64,000 bases of DNA from Candidatus Binatia bacterium (GTDB lineage: Bacteria > Desulfobacterota > Binatia > Bin18). The first letter of the stretch is position 1. Each line of letters starts with the position of its first letter. Shown here one piece after another: positions 20,630 through 30,501 of this stretch. The notes beneath the pieces are model-generated. The model saw nothing but the letters and a program-made list of their open reading frames with translations. It was not told where the DNA came from and did no database searches. The translations under genes and the position numbers were made by a program. The stretch spans positions 1-64,000 of the forward strand of contig CAXXHG010000022.1 of assembly GCA_963666315.2 (NCBI GenBank), given 5' to 3'.

Positions 20630-20653
20630 CGCGTATAACTCACGTTATACGCG
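20630..20653. promoter_or_regulatory. Perfect palindrome, operator candidate
   Basis: CGCGTATAAC-TCAC-GTTATACGCG between the promoter and the start codon. Confidence 0.55.
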
Positions 20654-20696
20654 AGCGCGTCAGACTCGCGTTAGACACGTGTCGTTGGAGGGCAAT

Positions 20697-21917
20697 ATGA
20701 GCACAACGGACGCCGACACCACACCTCAGCCCAGGCCCGTACATGAGCAAAACAACACAGACCAGCCTGCAGTCGAGGCGTTCCTCGACGATCCGGCCAA
20801 TAATCAACACGTCAAACACGCCTGGCAGCCATACCTAGAGGCCGGACTCGGATTCCGTAACCATTGGTATCCGGCGCTCTTCAACCATGAGCTAAGTGGC
20901 GACGAACCCCAGGTCGTAAAGCTGCTCGGGGAACGAATCATTGTCCGCCGCGTTGAGGGTCAAGTCTGTGCCCTTGAAGACCGCTGTGCGCATCGACGCG
21001 TCCCCCTCTCGGCCAAGATTGAGTGCTACACCAAGGATACCATCACGTGTTGGTATCACGGCTTCACATATAGTTTTCGCACCGGGAAATTAGTGCACGT
21101 GCTGACCGAGCCTGGCTGCGCCCTGGTCGGCAAAATGGGTATCAAGACCTACCCGGTCCGCGAGGCCCAGGGGATGGTCTTTGTGTTTATTGGGGACAGC
21201 GAACCGCCCGCCCTGGAGGAGGACGTGCCGCCTGGATTTCTTGATCAAGATCTGGCCACGAAAGGTATCCGCCGAGCGGTCAAAAGTAACTGGCGGTTAG
21301 GAGCAGAAAACGGGTTTGATACGACGCATATTTACATTCACCGCAACTCGAAGTTTATTCGCAGCAGCGACGCCATCCTCCCGTTGGGTCTAGTGCCCAC
21401 TAATAAACATAGTATGCAGATCGTGACCGGGGCCGGACCCAAAGGCGTCATTGATAAGCTGGCCAGTAATTACGTGCCGGTTTTCGAATCGACGATTGAT
21501 AATGTGACGGTCTCTGCCCTGATGAAACCACACGGAAAGCCCGTAGCTTCGAGCGTGTCTATCTGGCTGCCATGCGCGCTCAGAGTTGAGGCCTTCCCCG
21601 CGCCCGAGATCACCCAGTTTGAGTGGTACGTCCCGGTTGATCAAAAGAACCATATATATTGGCAGGTCCTGGGCAAAACGGTCGGCTCGGCGGAGGAAGC
21701 AGGCGCCTTTCAGTCAGAGGTTGACTCGCACTGGGAGGACATAGCGTTGCGGGGGTTCAACGACGATGATGTCTGGGCACGCGAGGCACTTGAAGATGCC
21801 TATACCGACGGGGACGGCTGGGCGAAAGAGCGGCTCTTCAAGCCGGATATGTGCATTATCGAATGGCGAAAACTCGCCAGCCTCTACAATCGGGGCATAC
21901 AGCAGCTGCCCAACTAA
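20697..21917 (+). CDS. carAa: Rieske non-heme iron oxygenase, carbazole 1,9a-dioxygenase (CarAa)/2-oxoquinoline 8-monooxygenase family
   Basis: WQPYLEAGLGFRNHWYP, DRCAHR...TITCWYH, NWRLGAENGFDTTHIYIH, QFEWYVP and GFNDDDVWARE motifs match CarAa; GGAGG RBS. Confidence 0.82.
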   Translation: MSTTDADTTPQPRPVHEQNNTDQPAVEAFLDDPANNQHVKHAWQPYLEAGLGFRNHWYPALFNHELSGDEPQVVKLLGERIIVRRVEGQVCALEDRCAHRRVPLSAKIECYTKDTITCWYHGFTYSFRTGKLVHVLTEPGCALVGKMGIKTYPVREAQGMVFVFIGDSEPPALEEDVPPGFLDQDLATKGIRRAVKSNWRLGAENGFDTTHIYIHRNSKFIRSSDAILPLGLVPTNKHSMQIVTGAGPKGVIDKLASNYVPVFESTIDNVTVSALMKPHGKPVASSVSIWLPCALRVEAFPAPEITQFEWYVPVDQKNHIYWQVLGKTVGSAEEAGAFQSEVDSHWEDIALRGFNDDDVWAREALEDAYTDGDGWAKERLFKPDMCIIEWRKLASLYNRGIQQLPN

Positions 21918-21941
21918 GTTTGGGAAAAAAGGAGGGCTTCT

Positions 21942-22781
21942 ATGGCCACATTTGACGCGCAGTTGGCCAGCTACGAGAGCAGGTTTGTCGATGCCAACGG
22001 CATCAAGACGCATTATATCGAATCCGGCACGGGAGAGCCGCTGATCTTAATCCACGGCGGCGGACCCGGCGCCGACGGCTACGGCAACTGGCAGGGCTGC
22101 CTGCCCGCTTTCGCCCAGGAGTATCGCGCCCTCGCGGTGGATATGTTGGGCTTCGGCCGCACGGACAAACCGGACCCCAGCACGTTTACCTATTCGCAGG
22201 ATGCGCGCACCAGTCATATGATCGCTTTCATTGAGGCACTCGACGCGCGCCCGGTCAACTTGATCGGCAACTCGATGGGTGGCATCACCTCTTTGGGCAT
22301 CGCCATGCAACGGCCGGACCTGGTGAAGAAGCTGGTCCTGATGGGGCCAGCTGGTATCAAGACCTCCGAGGTGCCTGCAGCGCTGGGGCCGCTGATGAGC
22401 TACGACGGCAGCGTTGAGGGCATGCGCAAGGTGATCGATGTACTGACCCATGCCGAGTTCAAGATGGACGACGGCATGCTGCAGTACCGCGTCGACCTGT
22501 CCAATGAGCCTGCCACCAAGAAGGCCCTCGGGGCCACCATGCAGTGGGTGAAAAGCCGGCACGGCCTGTACTTCGAGGACGACCTGATTCGGCGGGTCAA
22601 GACAGCAACCCTGGTCGTCGGCGGCAAGGACGACCCCATTGTCACCCCCGACCAAATATACAAACTCTTGGCGCTGCTCGAGAACTCCCGGGGCTATGTT
22701 ATCCCCCACTGCGGGCACTGGGTGATGATCGAATATCCCGAAGAGTTCACCCGGATCACCATCGGTTTCCTGAAGCAATGA
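21942..22781 (+). CDS. carC: Meta-cleavage product (C-C) hydrolase, CarC-like
   Basis: LIHGGGPGADGYGNW, GNSMGG, ATMQWV and GYVIPHCGHWVMIE are characteristic of CarC/BphD. Confidence 0.8.
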   Translation: MATFDAQLASYESRFVDANGIKTHYIESGTGEPLILIHGGGPGADGYGNWQGCLPAFAQEYRALAVDMLGFGRTDKPDPSTFTYSQDARTSHMIAFIEALDARPVNLIGNSMGGITSLGIAMQRPDLVKKLVLMGPAGIKTSEVPAALGPLMSYDGSVEGMRKVIDVLTHAEFKMDDGMLQYRVDLSNEPATKKALGATMQWVKSRHGLYFEDDLIRRVKTATLVVGGKDDPIVTPDQIYKLLALLENSRGYVIPHCGHWVMIEYPEEFTRITIGFLKQ

Positions 22782-22797
22782 GGGAAAAGGAGACAGG

Positions 22798-23136
22798 ATG
22801 GATCAACGCTACGAAGACAAGACCCGGTCCTTAACGGAGGCTGTCCTCAACTCGCCTGGAGAGACCGACCCGGCCGTACGACGGGCCGTGGAGGTTCGGG
22901 CCGCTGCCCTAGCGGGCAGGCCAACCGAAGGCACGCCTGAGGTTCCCCAGGCGCTTCACAGCTATATCGATAAGGTGGCGCTGTACGCCTATAAAACGAC
23001 CGACGACGATATTCAGACGCTTCGTGCCGAGGGGTATTCCGAAGACGCAATTTTCGAGCTTACCTTAAGCGCGGCTCTGGGTCCCGGCCTGGCGCGGCTT
23101 GAGCGCGGCCTGGCAGCTCTCAGAGGGGACAAATAA
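22798..23136 (+). CDS. Small cysteine-free AhpD/CMD-fold partner protein
   Basis: YIDKVALYAYKTTDDDIQTLRAEGYSEDAIFELT resembles the C-terminal half of AhpD-like proteins; TAATG overlap with the next gene. Confidence 0.7.
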   Translation: MDQRYEDKTRSLTEAVLNSPGETDPAVRRAVEVRAAALAGRPTEGTPEVPQALHSYIDKVALYAYKTTDDDIQTLRAEGYSEDAIFELTLSAALGPGLARLERGLAALRGDK

Positions 23137-23717
23137 TGCGACTCAAAAATGTAGAACATGGACACCGCCTACCCCAGAAGCTGTTCCTCGTCTTTATCCG
23201 GATCATGTTGCGGGACCGTACGCCGGATGTTCTCAGAACGCTCAAATACCGGCCGGAGCTGTTCGGAAAACACTTTGGGGAGTACGTGCACGCAGTGTTG
23301 CGCGGCCCGTCGGAGTGGAGTGTCGGTGAGCGCGAGTTGTTTGCGGCCTTCGTGTCAAAACAGAATCAGTGCTCCTTTTGAACCGGAGCCCATGGCGCGG
23401 TCGCGTCACAGGCTCTCCGCGGCGACGTGGTGAAGGACGTGCTGGACAATTGGCGTACGGCAGCTATCGATGACAAGTTACGCGCGACACTCGGGTTCTT
23501 GGAGAAGTTGACGCTGACACCCGACCAGGTCGAAGCCGGTGATATGACGCCGCTGCGCGATGCGGGTGTGAGCGATCAAGCGATTGAGGACGCCATACAG
23601 GTTTGCGCCGTCTTTAATATCATCGACCGGGTTGCGGATGCCTTGGGATTCGCAGTCCCCTCAGCCGAAAGTTTTGCCCGCAGCGCGCAGATGCTCTTAA
23701 AGCGCGGCTATCTATAG
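23136..23717 (+). CDS. AhpD/carboxymuconolactone-decarboxylase-like selenoprotein (Sec82 in CSFU motif), 193 aa
   Basis: ORFs 23136-23381 and 23427-23717 are in frame; TGA at 23379-23381 gives NQC-SF-U-TGAH, matching the AhpD CxxCxxxH motif; SECIS-like hairpin follows. Confidence 0.85.
23385..23416 (+). promoter_or_regulatory. Bacterial SECIS-like element
   Basis: GGAGCC/GGCTCT lower stem, TGGCGC/GCGTCA upper stem and GGTC apical loop 17 nt after the UGA. Confidence 0.7.
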
Positions 23718-24224
23718 TGGCGTGTCGCTGACCTGAGGGACGGCTCCCCCTACGGCCTGCGAGGCGGACGTGCCTGGCACTGGCGCATGCGCAAACCAGC
23801 CCTCAGTTCTCAGACAGAACCGGACCAACATCAGCATCACCGCCACTTCAATTAAGACCCCGACAACGGTTGCCAGGGCGGCCCCGGAAGATAGGCCGAA
23901 GAGCATCGTTGAAGTAGCTATCGCTACCTCAAAATGGTTGGATGCACCGATCATGGCGGCAGGCGCTGCATCTTCATAGGTCAAACGGAGCACACGCGCG
24001 AGGCCATACGTCAGGCCAAACACGGGGATGGTTTGAATAGAGAGCGGAATGGCTATCCACACTATGGTCAGCGGGTTCGAGAGTATGACTTCACCTCTAA
24101 ACGAGAACAACAGGACCAGGGTGACGAGTAAGGCAATAATCGTCACCGGGGTGAGCACGTGCAGAAACTGTTCTTTGAACCAGGTTTCCCCTTTGGCGTA
24201 GATAATCCACCTGCGAGAGAAATG
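23712..24224 (-). pseudogene. acr3: Acr3 arsenite efflux transporter, 3' fragment
   Basis: [14 protein letters not shown] and [12 protein letters not shown] motifs; N-terminal half absent. Confidence 0.85.
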
Positions 24225-24304
24225 TCATGCCGAGATCTAGCAAATATTGCACATTTCGCGTAGAATAGGGGAGCTATCGACAGGACTTAAAGGAGGGCAA
24301 CGGC

Positions 24305-25417
24305 ATGGCAGAGTACAATCTGATTTCAGCAGATTCACATTTTGTCGAACCGCCTACGATGTGGGCAGAACGGCTGGACAAGAAATTTCGTGACCGCGCA
24401 CCCCACACGGTCAAAGGCTACAAAGGCCGGGCTGGAGAGTGGTTCGTATGCGAGAACATCACCCCCATGTCGGTCGCCGGCTTTTTCGGCGCTGGGGTGC
24501 CTTCGGCCGAACTGCCTGAGCACAACAAAAAAGGCTTTGACCAGGCCCCCAAAAGCGTTTGGGATGCCGCCTATCGCATTGCCGACCAGGATCGTGACGG
24601 CGTGGATGCCGAGGTGATATACACCTCTATGGGCATGCCGCTGTTCGGGCTCGATGACGCGGAACTACGTTTTGCCTGCTTTCACGCGTTCAACGACTGG
24701 GCCACAGAGTACTGCAGTTACGACCTGAAACGTCTCATCCCCCTGGGCCTCATCACGCTTGAGGATATCCCGTCAGCAGTAGACGAGCTGCAGCGCATCG
24801 CCAAGAAGGGTATGCGCGGCGCCATGATCTGGGCTGAGCCGCCTGGGGATCGCCCGTACAGCCATCCTGACTACGAGCCGTTTTGGGCCGCGGCGCAGGA
24901 TCTCAATATGCCGCTGTCGTTGCATATCCTGACCGCGCGTAGCGGAACTGGTGCGAATCCGGCGGGCGGTAAAGATTTCCTGCTCTCGCTGGCTAATCTG
25001 CATCATCAGATCGAGCGTTCGATTTCCGTGCTCGTATACGGTGGCGTACTCGAAAAATTCCCAGGTCTCAAAATCGTCTCAGCGGAAAACGATGTCGGCT
25101 GGATGGCCTATTTCATGTATCGGCTCGACACGGTCCAGCATCGCCTGGGCGCGCTTGGCAATTTGAAACTGCCCCTGCGCGCGAGCGAATACATCAAACG
25201 CCAGGTCTATGCGACCTTCATCGCCGATCCCGTGTTCATAGACTCGCTCGATCGCTACGGGCCGGACAATATCATGTGGTCGTCCGACTATCCGCATACG
25301 GCCGCGACTTACCCGCGCTCTCAGCAGATCGTCGCAAAGCGTTTCGGAAACCTGCCTGACGAACAACGCCGGAAGATCGTGCGTGACACAGCGACGCGGC
25401 TCTATGGTTTAGACTGA
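24305..25417 (+). CDS. Amidohydrolase_2 family protein
   Basis: ISADSH, LSLHI, SAENDVGW and WSSDYPH. Confidence 0.92.
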   Translation: MAEYNLISADSHFVEPPTMWAERLDKKFRDRAPHTVKGYKGRAGEWFVCENITPMSVAGFFGAGVPSAELPEHNKKGFDQAPKSVWDAAYRIADQDRDGVDAEVIYTSMGMPLFGLDDAELRFACFHAFNDWATEYCSYDLKRLIPLGLITLEDIPSAVDELQRIAKKGMRGAMIWAEPPGDRPYSHPDYEPFWAAAQDLNMPLSLHILTARSGTGANPAGGKDFLLSLANLHHQIERSISVLVYGGVLEKFPGLKIVSAENDVGWMAYFMYRLDTVQHRLGALGNLKLPLRASEYIKRQVYATFIADPVFIDSLDRYGPDNIMWSSDYPHTAATYPRSQQIVAKRFGNLPDEQRRKIVRDTATRLYGLD

Positions 25418-25450
25418 GACGCTCTAACTGATACGGACTGCACGGACGGC

Positions 25451-26656
25451 TATCGTGGTCCTCTGCACGGCATCCCGCTTGCGCATAAAGATATTGTTGC
25501 GACAAAAGGCATGCGCACGACGTGCGGCTCAAAGATCTTCAAAGATGCCGTGCCCGACTATGATGCAACGGTGATCGAGCGCTTTCAAACGGCGGGAGCT
25601 GTGCTACTCGGTAAGCTCAATATGAACGAGTTTGCCACGACTATTCCGAGTGTCTTTTTCGGTCGGGTGAACAACCCGTGGAATCTCGGCCACAGCCCTG
25701 GCGGGTCGAGCAGCGGCTCAGCGGCTGCAGTCGCCGCCGGCCTGTGTGCCGGTTCTCTGGGTACGGACACGGGCGGCTCGATCCGCGTTCCAGCCGCCTT
25801 TTGTGGCACGGTAGGTCTCAAGGCTACCCACGGCCGCATTAGTCTCTACGGTGTGATCCCGTTGGCCTGGTCACTTGATCACATCGGTCCGTTGACACGC
25901 ACGGTGCAAGACGCCGCCCTCATGCTCCAGGTATTGGCCGGGTTTGATGCGCGAGATTCTGTGTCACGCGAAGCGTCTGTTGGAGATTACACGACAAAGC
26001 TCAGCGGCGAAGTGCAAGGCCTACGGCTCGGGGTACCGGTACGCTTCTTTCCCGAGTACACCGACCCGGAAGCCAAGAGTGCCTTTGAGGCAGCCGTTCG
26101 GATGCTTGAAGGTCTGGGGGCCCACACTGAAGAGGTCGACCTGCCTGATCTTGAGCAGACCTGGCCGATTGCCAATGCGATCATCAATGGCGAGGCGAAC
26201 GTCTGGCATGCGCCTTACCTCCAGACGCAGGCGGAAGACTACGGCCCACAAGTGCGCAAGTTCTTAGAACGCGGAAAGTCAATGCTGGCCACGGATTACG
26301 TTAAAGCACGCCAGGCGCAAACCCGCCTGGCCCAGGAGATGCAGGCACGCTGTGCGCACATCGACGCCTTGCTCACTCCAGGTGAGTTGATCCCCGCCCC
26401 AGCGCATGATGCGTTTTCTGTCATCATTGACGGGCGCGAAACAAAATTGCTGTCTGCGATCATCTCTGCCACATGTCCGTTTAATCTGACCGGCCAGCCA
26501 GCGCTGACCGTTCCGTGCGGGTTTACCACTTCCGGACTGCCCTTGGCGATCCAGATCGTCGGCAAACCCTTTGATGAGTCAACCATCCTCCAGATTGGTC
26601 ATGCGTATGAAGTGCATACCGAGTGGCATCAACAACGGCCATCTCTGGATGCTTAG
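25451..26656 (+). pseudogene. Amidase-signature (GatA-like) enzyme, 5'-truncated
   Basis: GGSSSGS and GTDTGGSIR motifs; the catalytic-Lys motif GPLHGIPLAHKD lies upstream of the first ATG (25511) and has no start codon of its own. Confidence 0.75.
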
Positions 26657-27062
26657 AACCCAAGATGGCGGCTGTATCACATGCACGATACCAGTCGTTC
26701 GTCGCCAATGAAAAAGACGCGTGATTTGAGATCAAATAACAAGATTAGGCTCAAAAAAGCATAGAAAATAGCATAAACCGGCGAGAAACAGCACCAACCC
26801 CACAGAAACCGGCACTAGACGGTCTTTTTTCTTCCGCTCGACATACAGCGCGATTAAGCAAAATTAATAGGTTAGCACTCACATGAGACCTTCATTTTCC
26901 AATGAACCAATAAGTAATGCAACCAATTAGGGATATTTTTATACAGGACCAACCTACATAAAATTGATGCAATAGCAGGATGTTGAGTACCCGGACACAA
27001 GCGCTCCTCGTTCGAGAAATATTGCGAGAAACATTGCTGCTTGCAGATCTTGAGAGGTATGT

Positions 27063-27308
27063 ATGGACTATATTTTAGAGATTTACAAAGACGACCAAGC
27101 AGAAATATTCAAGCGCTTTCCTGACGCAGGTTCCTCCAATGCCCCTTTTGCCGCAATTAGCACTGATGATGTATTGTCTACTGCCGCTTGGGAGGAGAGT
27201 GCTGGCGCTGCCGACCCTGACCTTAAAGTAATCCGAGTCGAACACCATGTGGGACACAACCGCCATAAGGTCGTGCTGTTCACTAAATCTCACCCAAGGA
27301 AGCCATGA
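27063..27308 (+). CDS. Hypothetical protein (81 aa)
   Basis: GAGG RBS and ATG start; ATGA overlap with the next ORF. Confidence 0.55.
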   Translation: MDYILEIYKDDQAEIFKRFPDAGSSNAPFAAISTDDVLSTAAWEESAGAADPDLKVIRVEHHVGHNRHKVVLFTKSHPRKP

Positions 27309-28324
27309 TTCCCGAATCACAGAGAAAACGTAGCTCCTATCGCGAGTTTGGGTCTTCTGCGGCTCATACCAAGCCCACGGCGGGTGCTACGCACTGCCGG
27401 CCCACGGTTACCTGGCAAAGGAACGGCTCCGTACAAGGAAGCGCCAGGCGGGTGCTGAGAGTAGCGCTAGGACTGGTGACAGCGTGTACTCTGGCGACGA
27501 CGGCCGTCTACGCCCAAACGCCGAAGTTTGAGCGACTGACAGTCCGGATTGCCGCGTGGAACCTGAATGGCTTTCATGCTATCCGAAAAAATCAAGCAGA
27601 AGAGCAAGCCAAGGCGCTGGCGATCCTCGATGCGGAAATTGTTGCCTTGGTCGAAACCAATCCAGACGCACTCGTTGACACGCTCATCAACGAGCTGGCC
27701 GACACCGGAGTCTGCTACGAAGAGAAGACGGTCAACCAGGCCGTCCAGCAAGATATAGCCGTTATTCACAAATGCGATGTGTCGGTCGAAAACCCCCGGC
27801 TCGTGCCTGATTCGAATGATGGCAACAACCATCTCGCGCAAGCGCTGGCCGTTGATGTCCAGGTCGGCGCATTTGATTTTCTGCTCATTGTCGTACACTT
27901 ACAGGCCGGCCGGGGAGCAACCCAACGCTCAACGCGGCACCGTCAAGCGCAGGCCATTGCGCGGTTTATCAGCAGTGAGACTGACGGGCAGGCGGAACAG
28001 GATGTCCTCCTCGTTGGGGATTACAATATGATCCCGGGCCAAGACATCGGCAACTTTCACAATCTGAGTCCAAACGGCTTTTTGGACTTCATCTCATCGC
28101 ATGATCTGCGCGCGCCCTCCTCGCACATATCGTCTTCCGGGGCGGGATATCTGCTCGACGGCTATGCAATCACCACAGGCCGAACACAGGAGTATGTGCC
28201 AGGGAGCTTGGCAGTGGTGCGAGTGGATCGCGCCATGGGCAAGAGTCTGCAGCGATTCCGGACCGACGTATCTGATCACCTGCCTCTGGCCGCCACGTTC
28301 CGTATAGACACAGACGATGACTGA
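27305..28324 (+). CDS. Endonuclease/exonuclease/phosphatase (EEP) family protein, probably exported (true start may be downstream)
   Basis: IAAWNL, VALVE, VVHL, VGDYN and SDHLP motifs; hydrophobic signal-like segment ending AVYA. Confidence 0.85.
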   Translation: MIPESQRKRSSYREFGSSAAHTKPTAGATHCRPTVTWQRNGSVQGSARRVLRVALGLVTACTLATTAVYAQTPKFERLTVRIAAWNLNGFHAIRKNQAEEQAKALAILDAEIVALVETNPDALVDTLINELADTGVCYEEKTVNQAVQQDIAVIHKCDVSVENPRLVPDSNDGNNHLAQALAVDVQVGAFDFLLIVVHLQAGRGATQRSTRHRQAQAIARFISSETDGQAEQDVLLVGDYNMIPGQDIGNFHNLSPNGFLDFISSHDLRAPSSHISSSGAGYLLDGYAITTGRTQEYVPGSLAVVRVDRAMGKSLQRFRTDVSDHLPLAATFRIDTDDD

Positions 28325-28636
28325 GTGTTCCTTAGTTCGAGCCGCAGGCAAAAAGGCCTGCTCTTCACGAAACTCCTTTCCCCCCTTTAAAGCGGCCACG
28401 AATACGCCTGCATGATGTGCCGGATGCGTAACCCGGCAGTGTTGCGGCGCGTCGAGCACCCCGTACCGTACGTCCAGCGATGGTGGGTGGTATACGCTGC
28501 GGCACGAGCTTTGCGCCTACAATAGGGCAGTAGGATACTTTTGCCTGCGTTATGAGAGCGTAGCCATCAGCCTCGTCCAATTCAAACGTAAAGACGGCAC
28601 TGTTGTCGTAGAAAAACTCTTGCGCAGGGAGCAGCC

Positions 28637-28883
28637 GTGCAAGGACTAATCCGTAGGACATGCGTCTATTTCATTCCCTTTTTTGTTCTCCTCCTCTCCA
28701 CTGAAACCGCCCGGGCTAGACATGAGTTTCCGGCGCAGGACCAAATCATGAGTGGCAACAATGTTGTCTCAGGCTGGTTCTGCTCCGCACAGAGGGTCAC
28801 GATCCAGTTCGATAACTTTTCCCTGGTCGATGTACCGTATGGCGGGCAACGGAACGACACGATTGCGGCCTGTGGGGATGCGG
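28637..28883 (+). pseudogene. Fragment of a secreted protein (EFP..SG..VVSGWFC...YG..R.DT...CGD module)
   Basis: Signal-like N-terminus; the frame breaks off just after CGDAD where the HTH fragment begins. Confidence 0.45.
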
Positions 28884-29273
28884 ATAGAAATCCATAAGCG
28901 ATTGGATGTCAATCCGAAAACGGTGAGTGACTGGGTGAACGGCCATATCGAAATGAGCCAAGTCGTGAAGCTCACTCTGGAGTACATTTATGGCATAAAC
29001 TCCGAATGGTGGATCCAAAAAGGCGCGCCCGTCGCGAAAGCCATCGGCAAGCGAAAAAAAGAACCCGCCGTCAAAGAAAGCGAAGTGATCTATCTCTCCA
29101 AAGAAGCCCGCGGCCTCATCAATCAAATCGGCACCCTCCCCCCTGAAGGCCAAGCCGTCTTGAAAGACCTCGCCGACAGCCTCACCAAACGTTATGGGGC
29201 AGCTCCCAAGGATAAGAAGAAAGCAGTGAAACTGTTGGCCGAGTTTGCGCGGGAACGGCGGGGGCGGGGGTAG
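28884..29273 (+). pseudogene. XRE/Cro-type HTH regulator, 5'-truncated
   Basis: HKRLDVNPKTVSDWVNG...YGINSEWW.G pattern of HTH-XRE. Confidence 0.6.
29040..29153 (+). repeat. ~115-bp direct repeat, copy 1
   Basis: AAAGAA.CCGCCGTCAAAGAA...TATCTCTCCAAAGAAGCCCGCGGCCTCATCAATCAAA...GAAGGCCA, repeated at 30502-30626. Confidence 0.9.
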
Positions 29274-29331
29274 GCCGTTCGGTCCCTACCATCACTTTTG
29301 GTTCGGAAATTGATCTACCAAGGACAAACTC

Positions 29332-30366
29332 ATGGCCAAACATGACACTTGTTTAACGGCACATGATGCGAAGTTGTTGGTCCGATTTCTTGATGCTGTT
29401 GATGACTTGGTAACGGAGCGTTTCGGTATGGGCTTTAGGCCTCGCGAAGAGCATTTGACCTCCCTCTTATGCGAGATGCTGGACGATAGGATGGCGAAGC
29501 GCCACAATTTATCTTTTTCTCATAGCCAGCTTCAGTGTGAGTTAGAAAAAGATCCCAAGAAGCTTCGGGTAAATATCTCCATCGAAACATGCGAATACCC
29601 CGCATCGACGGAGAATCTTCTCACATCGTCGGATATAGGCGTCATTGTGAAATACGATGACCACCATGTAACTGAAGCCTCGTTCGAGCGAGGCATTCTA
29701 TTCCAGGCAAAAAAGCTTTTCCCTTCGGACTTCGACCCAGCCACCAAATATAAGCTCTCTAATAGATTCCAAAGCCTCGACTGGTAACAGTGCCTGAGCC
29801 TCTGTGAGCTCAGAGACCTGTATGAGGAAGATATCTGTCGGTACCTCTTCTACTGCCCTCGTCCTGAACACTACGATGCAGTGTCTCTAGAGGAGATCTA
29901 TAGGCACCTTATTAGCATGAACATTTTCGACTTTGCGAAGGGGTGGCATTACAACGATTTTTTCTCTGATCCTCAACGACATGTACCAGGTTTGCTTACG
30001 AGTTCCGTTCCCTCACTCTTTCAGAAACGCTTTAAAAGAACCCGAGGAGGAAAAATCCTCCGCATTAAAGGCGCGAAATTACCATCGGCCCACGAAGTTA
30101 TTAGTGCCATGTGGGAGGACACAGAGCCTCTTTCCTGGTTCCTTGTGTATGAAATGCTTATAGGGAGACATGGCGCTTCGTCCCCACAAGCTTTATCACT
30201 AGTCCGTGGGGAGGTAACTGATGCGAATCTGAGTTCGCCGATCCTCCCCCGATACGTACTGACTCTTCACGTTGAAGTTGGAACCCCGCCAGTTCAAGGT
30301 CCGGCTAGTCAAGACCTAGATCCGGACAGGAGAGCGGGAGGGGACGAGGAGCGGGTTCCTAGGTAA
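29332..30366 (+). pseudogene. PD-(D/E)xK nuclease-like protein with a premature TAA
   Basis: ENLLTSSDIGVIV...GILFQAKKL motif; TAA at 29785-29787 is followed by an open frame (YLFYCPRP) that joins ORF 29881-30366. Confidence 0.65.
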
Positions 30367-30501
30367 TGAGTAGTCATAGGCTTTCCGCGGACCCACCATC
30401 CGTAAGCCCCCCCCCACCCACCCCGAATTGGTTGCATCACCTTTCTATACAAAAAACCACTTGACGTGCCGGCGGGTGGTTGCCTAGGGTAGGCGGTGGT
30501 G

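Noticed and set aside
25415-25510. Amidohydrolase TGA is in frame with the downstream amidase, suggesting Sec or readthrough fusion
   Set aside because: The TGA is at the natural C-terminus (LYGLD), has no Cys-motif context and no convincing SECIS. The amidase is simply 5'-truncated, and the shared frame has a one-in-three chance.
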